DNA of 59,458 bases, the filler included. It is 6 parts of 6 records of this genome, joined end to end, with 100 filler letters (N's around TTAATTAATTAA, not from the genome) between each part and the next. Parts side by side here need not be neighbours in the genome. Positions count along the whole stretch, not along the records: positions 51,621 to 59,458 come from SRR31156797_51816; 5 more parts are not named here. The stretch is one strand, 5' to 3'. Of this stretch, positions 57,154-59,458 are shown one piece after another. The notes below the pieces were generated by a model. It ran no database searches, was not told where the DNA came from, and was given only the letters and a program-made list of their open reading frames with translations. The translations under genes were made by a program, and so were the position numbers. Each line of letters begins with the position of its first letter. Position 1 is the stretch's first letter.

Positions 57154-58707
57154 CTACGCCTTCTGCTCCGAATCTTCTGCTTTAACTTTTGAACGCCTTT
57201 TTAAAGCCAATGCCCATTGCACTACAGGCATGGCCAGGAATCCCAAAGTGATCAGGTTGATGACCAATGTGATCGTACGCTCCCATAAAAAGGCCAGCGA
57301 TCCGTCATAGATCATTAACGACCGCCTGAGATTATCCTCCATCAGCCCCCCGAGTATGAATCCCAATAGTATGGGCGCCATTGGAAAATCCAGCAGCCGC
57401 ACGATCAGGGCAATGGAAGCGATCAGAATCATGGCCTGGATATCGAACGTGTTAAAAGTTATCAGGTACACTCCGATGATTGAGAAAAACAGAATCCCCG
57501 GAATCAGAATATTCTTGGGGACGGCCAGCAGACGTGCAAAATAAGGTATAAGGGGCAGGTTTAAAATCAGCAGAAATATGTTCCCCAGGTACATGGACAT
57601 TATAACCGCCCAAAAAACTTCCGGCCTTTCCACGAACATGCGGGGTCCGGGTTCGATGCCGTAAGCAATAAGCGCCCCCAGCATGACCGCTGTTGTTCCC
57701 GAACCCGGAATACCCAAAGTCAAAAGCGGGATAAAGGAACCTGAACTGGCCGCATTGTTTCCGGTTTCCGGGGCGGCCAGGCCGATAATGCTTCCCTTGC
57801 CGAATTCTTCCTTATCCTCCTGCTTAGCCAGATTTCTTTCCATGCCGTAGGATAGGAACGACCCCAATGTCGCGCCCGCGCCCGGCAGAGCTCCGATAAA
57901 AAAGCCGAGTAGTGAGCTGCGGCCTATTGTCGGTGCGATTTTCTTGAATTCCTTTTTGGTCACTCTAAGGTCGCTGATGCTGCTGATATTCTGCGAATCA
58001 AAGACTCCCGTGGTATCCAGCCTTTTCAGCACCATAATCATGGCCTCGGTGATGGCGAATGTGGCCATGGCCAGCATAACGAAACTGAGACCGTCCAAAA
58101 GGTCCATGCTGCCGAAGGTAAAGCGCTGGACCCCCGAAGTCTGGTCCGTGCCGACGGTTGATAGCATCAATCCCACTATAACCATGAGGAGGGCTTTCAG
58201 GAAGCCGCCCCTCCCGGCAAAAGCGGAAACCGCGGTAAGCCCCATGACCATCAGAGCAAAGTAATCCGACGATTGAAAACTTTTGGCTACATTGGCCATA
58301 ATGGGAGCGCCGAGCATGAGTAGAATTACGGCGATTGTCCCTCCGCTGAATGACGAATAGGCGGCAATGGCCAGGGCCTTGCCCGGCTTGCCTTTTTGAG
58401 CCAGGGGGTATCCGTCAAAGGCAGTGGCGACCGTGGCTGCTTCGCCGGGGGCGTTAATGAGAATGGAACATGTCGATCCCCCGAAAATCGCCCCGTAATA
58501 AACGCCGGCCAAAAGCACCATGCCTGTGGAAGGATCAAGACCGTAGGTTATGGGAATCATAAGGGCGACAGCCGTAATTGGGCCAAGCCCCGGCAGCATG
58601 CCGATGAAACTGCCGACAAAACAGCCCAGCAGCACCACGGCAATATTTATCGGGATCATTGTCGTCTTGATCCCGATCATCATTCCGGTCCAAAGTCCTT
58701 CCCACAT
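57154..58707 (-). CDS. tctA: Tripartite tricarboxylate transporter large permease TctA
   Basis: GMLPGLG, YYGAIFGG, IL.NAPG, DGYPLA, GALPGAG, APETGNN, PLLTLGIPGS. Confidence 0.95.
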   Translation of the reverse strand: MWEGLWTGMMIGIKTTMIPINIAVVLLGCFVGSFIGMLPGLGPITAVALMIPITYGLDPSTGMVLLAGVYYGAIFGGSTCSILINAPGEAATVATAFDGYPLAQKGKPGKALAIAAYSSFSGGTIAVILLMLGAPIMANVAKSFQSSDYFALMVMGLTAVSAFAGRGGFLKALLMVIVGLMLSTVGTDQTSGVQRFTFGSMDLLDGLSFVMLAMATFAITEAMIMVLKRLDTTGVFDSQNISSISDLRVTKKEFKKIAPTIGRSSLLGFFIGALPGAGATLGSFLSYGMERNLAKQEDKEEFGKGSIIGLAAPETGNNAASSGSFIPLLTLGIPGSGTTAVMLGALIAYGIEPGPRMFVERPEVFWAVIMSMYLGNIFLLILNLPLIPYFARLLAVPKNILIPGILFFSIIGVYLITFNTFDIQAMILIASIALIVRLLDFPMAPILLGFILGGLMEDNLRRSLMIYDGSLAFLWERTITLVINLITLGFLAMPVVQWALALKRRSKVKAEDSEQKA

Positions 58708-59189
58708 TATTCTATTACTCCTAAAATGTAAAAAATTTCACCCGGGGCGATATACATGCCCAGCACCTTGTCCAATAGAAGCCAAAGCACCAAAACCAGG
58801 GGGATGGAGGCAAGGAGAATAAGCTTTATGTTTCTCTCGCCGAGAATGATAAAACCGACGATTAGAAAAACAATTGACGATAAAACAAAACCGATCCAGG
58901 GCATGACGAGACTATAGACCGCCATTAAAACCGTCAGCCATATAGCCCTTTTCCAATCCAGCCCGCTGAGCGCCTCCCCCACGCTGACTTCCTCTTCGCC
59001 CTCGAAAGAAGGGAGAATGATAATCAGAAGTGACAGGATAATTCCCGCTATTGACAGCGCATAAGGCATTGTGCGTGCGTTGAGCGCTTCATCCTGGGAT
59101 AAGAATATAAGCGGAATCTTGAAAGCGAGAGCTCCGTATCCCATTGAAAGCGCCAGAAAAAACAAGGCGCCGACCTTTTCCCTTTTCAT
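58707..59189 (-). CDS. tctB: Tripartite tricarboxylate transporter small permease TctB
   Basis: About 4 TM helices, ARTMP, IGFVLS, L...PG ending; start ATG 59189 (MKREK); stop overlaps the tctA start. Confidence 0.88.
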   Translation of the reverse strand: MKREKVGALFFLALSMGYGALAFKIPLIFLSQDEALNARTMPYALSIAGIILSLLIIILPSFEGEEEVSVGEALSGLDWKRAIWLTVLMAVYSLVMPWIGFVLSSIVFLIVGFIILGERNIKLILLASIPLVLVLWLLLDKVLGMYIAPGEIFYILGVIE

Positions 59190-59213
59190 ACCCTTGGCCT
59201 CCAGCGTCAGGGA

Positions 59214-59313
59214 TGCGGTCCTAATATGGACCGCATGTAAAAATGGCTTTAAGGACGGCGCAGTTTCCTTGGTTGAGCCCCCCTTTTTCGGTAAAAAGGA
59301 GGGGCCCTCAACC
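59214..59313. other. Two stem-loops upstream of tctB
   Basis: ATGCGGTCC-TAATAT-GGACCGCAT (59214-59237) and GGTTGAG-CCCCCCTTTTT-CGGT-AAAAAGGAGGGGCC-CTCAACC (59271-59313). Confidence 0.5.
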
Positions 59314-59458
59314 TTGGGCCGTAAAATCAACCTTGTGCGCCGTCCGTATTCATATTGTTATTTAGTGTCTGTTCAGGAATGTGGAATTTTTTCCAAGATC
59401 GAGGAGAGCGAAAATTATAACCGCAGAAATACTTAATTGGTTTTCGCGAAGCGAATAT

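Noticed and set aside
1-59458. Bacteroidota-to-deltaproteobacterial switch and GC jump in contig 5, read as horizontal transfer or an island
   Set aside because: The changes coincide with the linkers, so they reflect concatenated contigs.
1-59458. CRISPR arrays, tRNA/rRNA genes, integrases, transposases
   Set aside because: No regularly spaced direct repeats, cloverleaf or rRNA signatures, or recombinase motifs were seen.

Overview
This window is not one locus. It is six unrelated contigs joined by five artificial 100-nt spacers (N44-TTAATTAATTAA-N44 at 25642-25741, 31788-31887, 39511-39610, 44912-45011, 51521-51620), so gene context is only valid inside a contig. Contig 1 (1-25641) looks Bacteroidota. 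It holds a beta-glucan/cellobiose utilisation locus (GH5, VOC, two GH3, GH94 phosphorylase, Na+/sugar symporter, NrtR/AraR-type repressor with two visible operators, SusC/SusD), then a T9SS cargo protein, EamA, pabC-pabB/pabA, a SNF2 ATPase and a trypsin-like lipoprotein. Contigs 2-6 look like anaerobic Desulfobacterota/deltaproteobacteria. Contig 2 has a sigma54-driven 'actinobacterial' DUF574 methyltransferase upstream of a hybrid histidine kinase with an unusual N-terminal helical domain. Contig 3 has a self-contained, F1-less, Na+-type Fo operon encoding a normal c subunit plus a 323-aa quadruplicated c subunit with alternating live and dead ion sites. Contig 4 has mlaE, rbgA, hslO, a REC-HDOD protein and an MCP fragment. 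Contig 5 has a lexA-DUF72-inactive PolY-dnaE2 mutagenesis cassette lacking imuA. Contig 6 has a tctB-tctA-acnA-korDABC tricarboxylate cluster. The best novelty candidates are the four-hairpin c subunit/Fo-only operon, the methyltransferase-kinase pair and the DUF72 cassette. No rRNA, tRNA or CRISPR array was seen. All calls come from reading motifs by eye; no database search was run.
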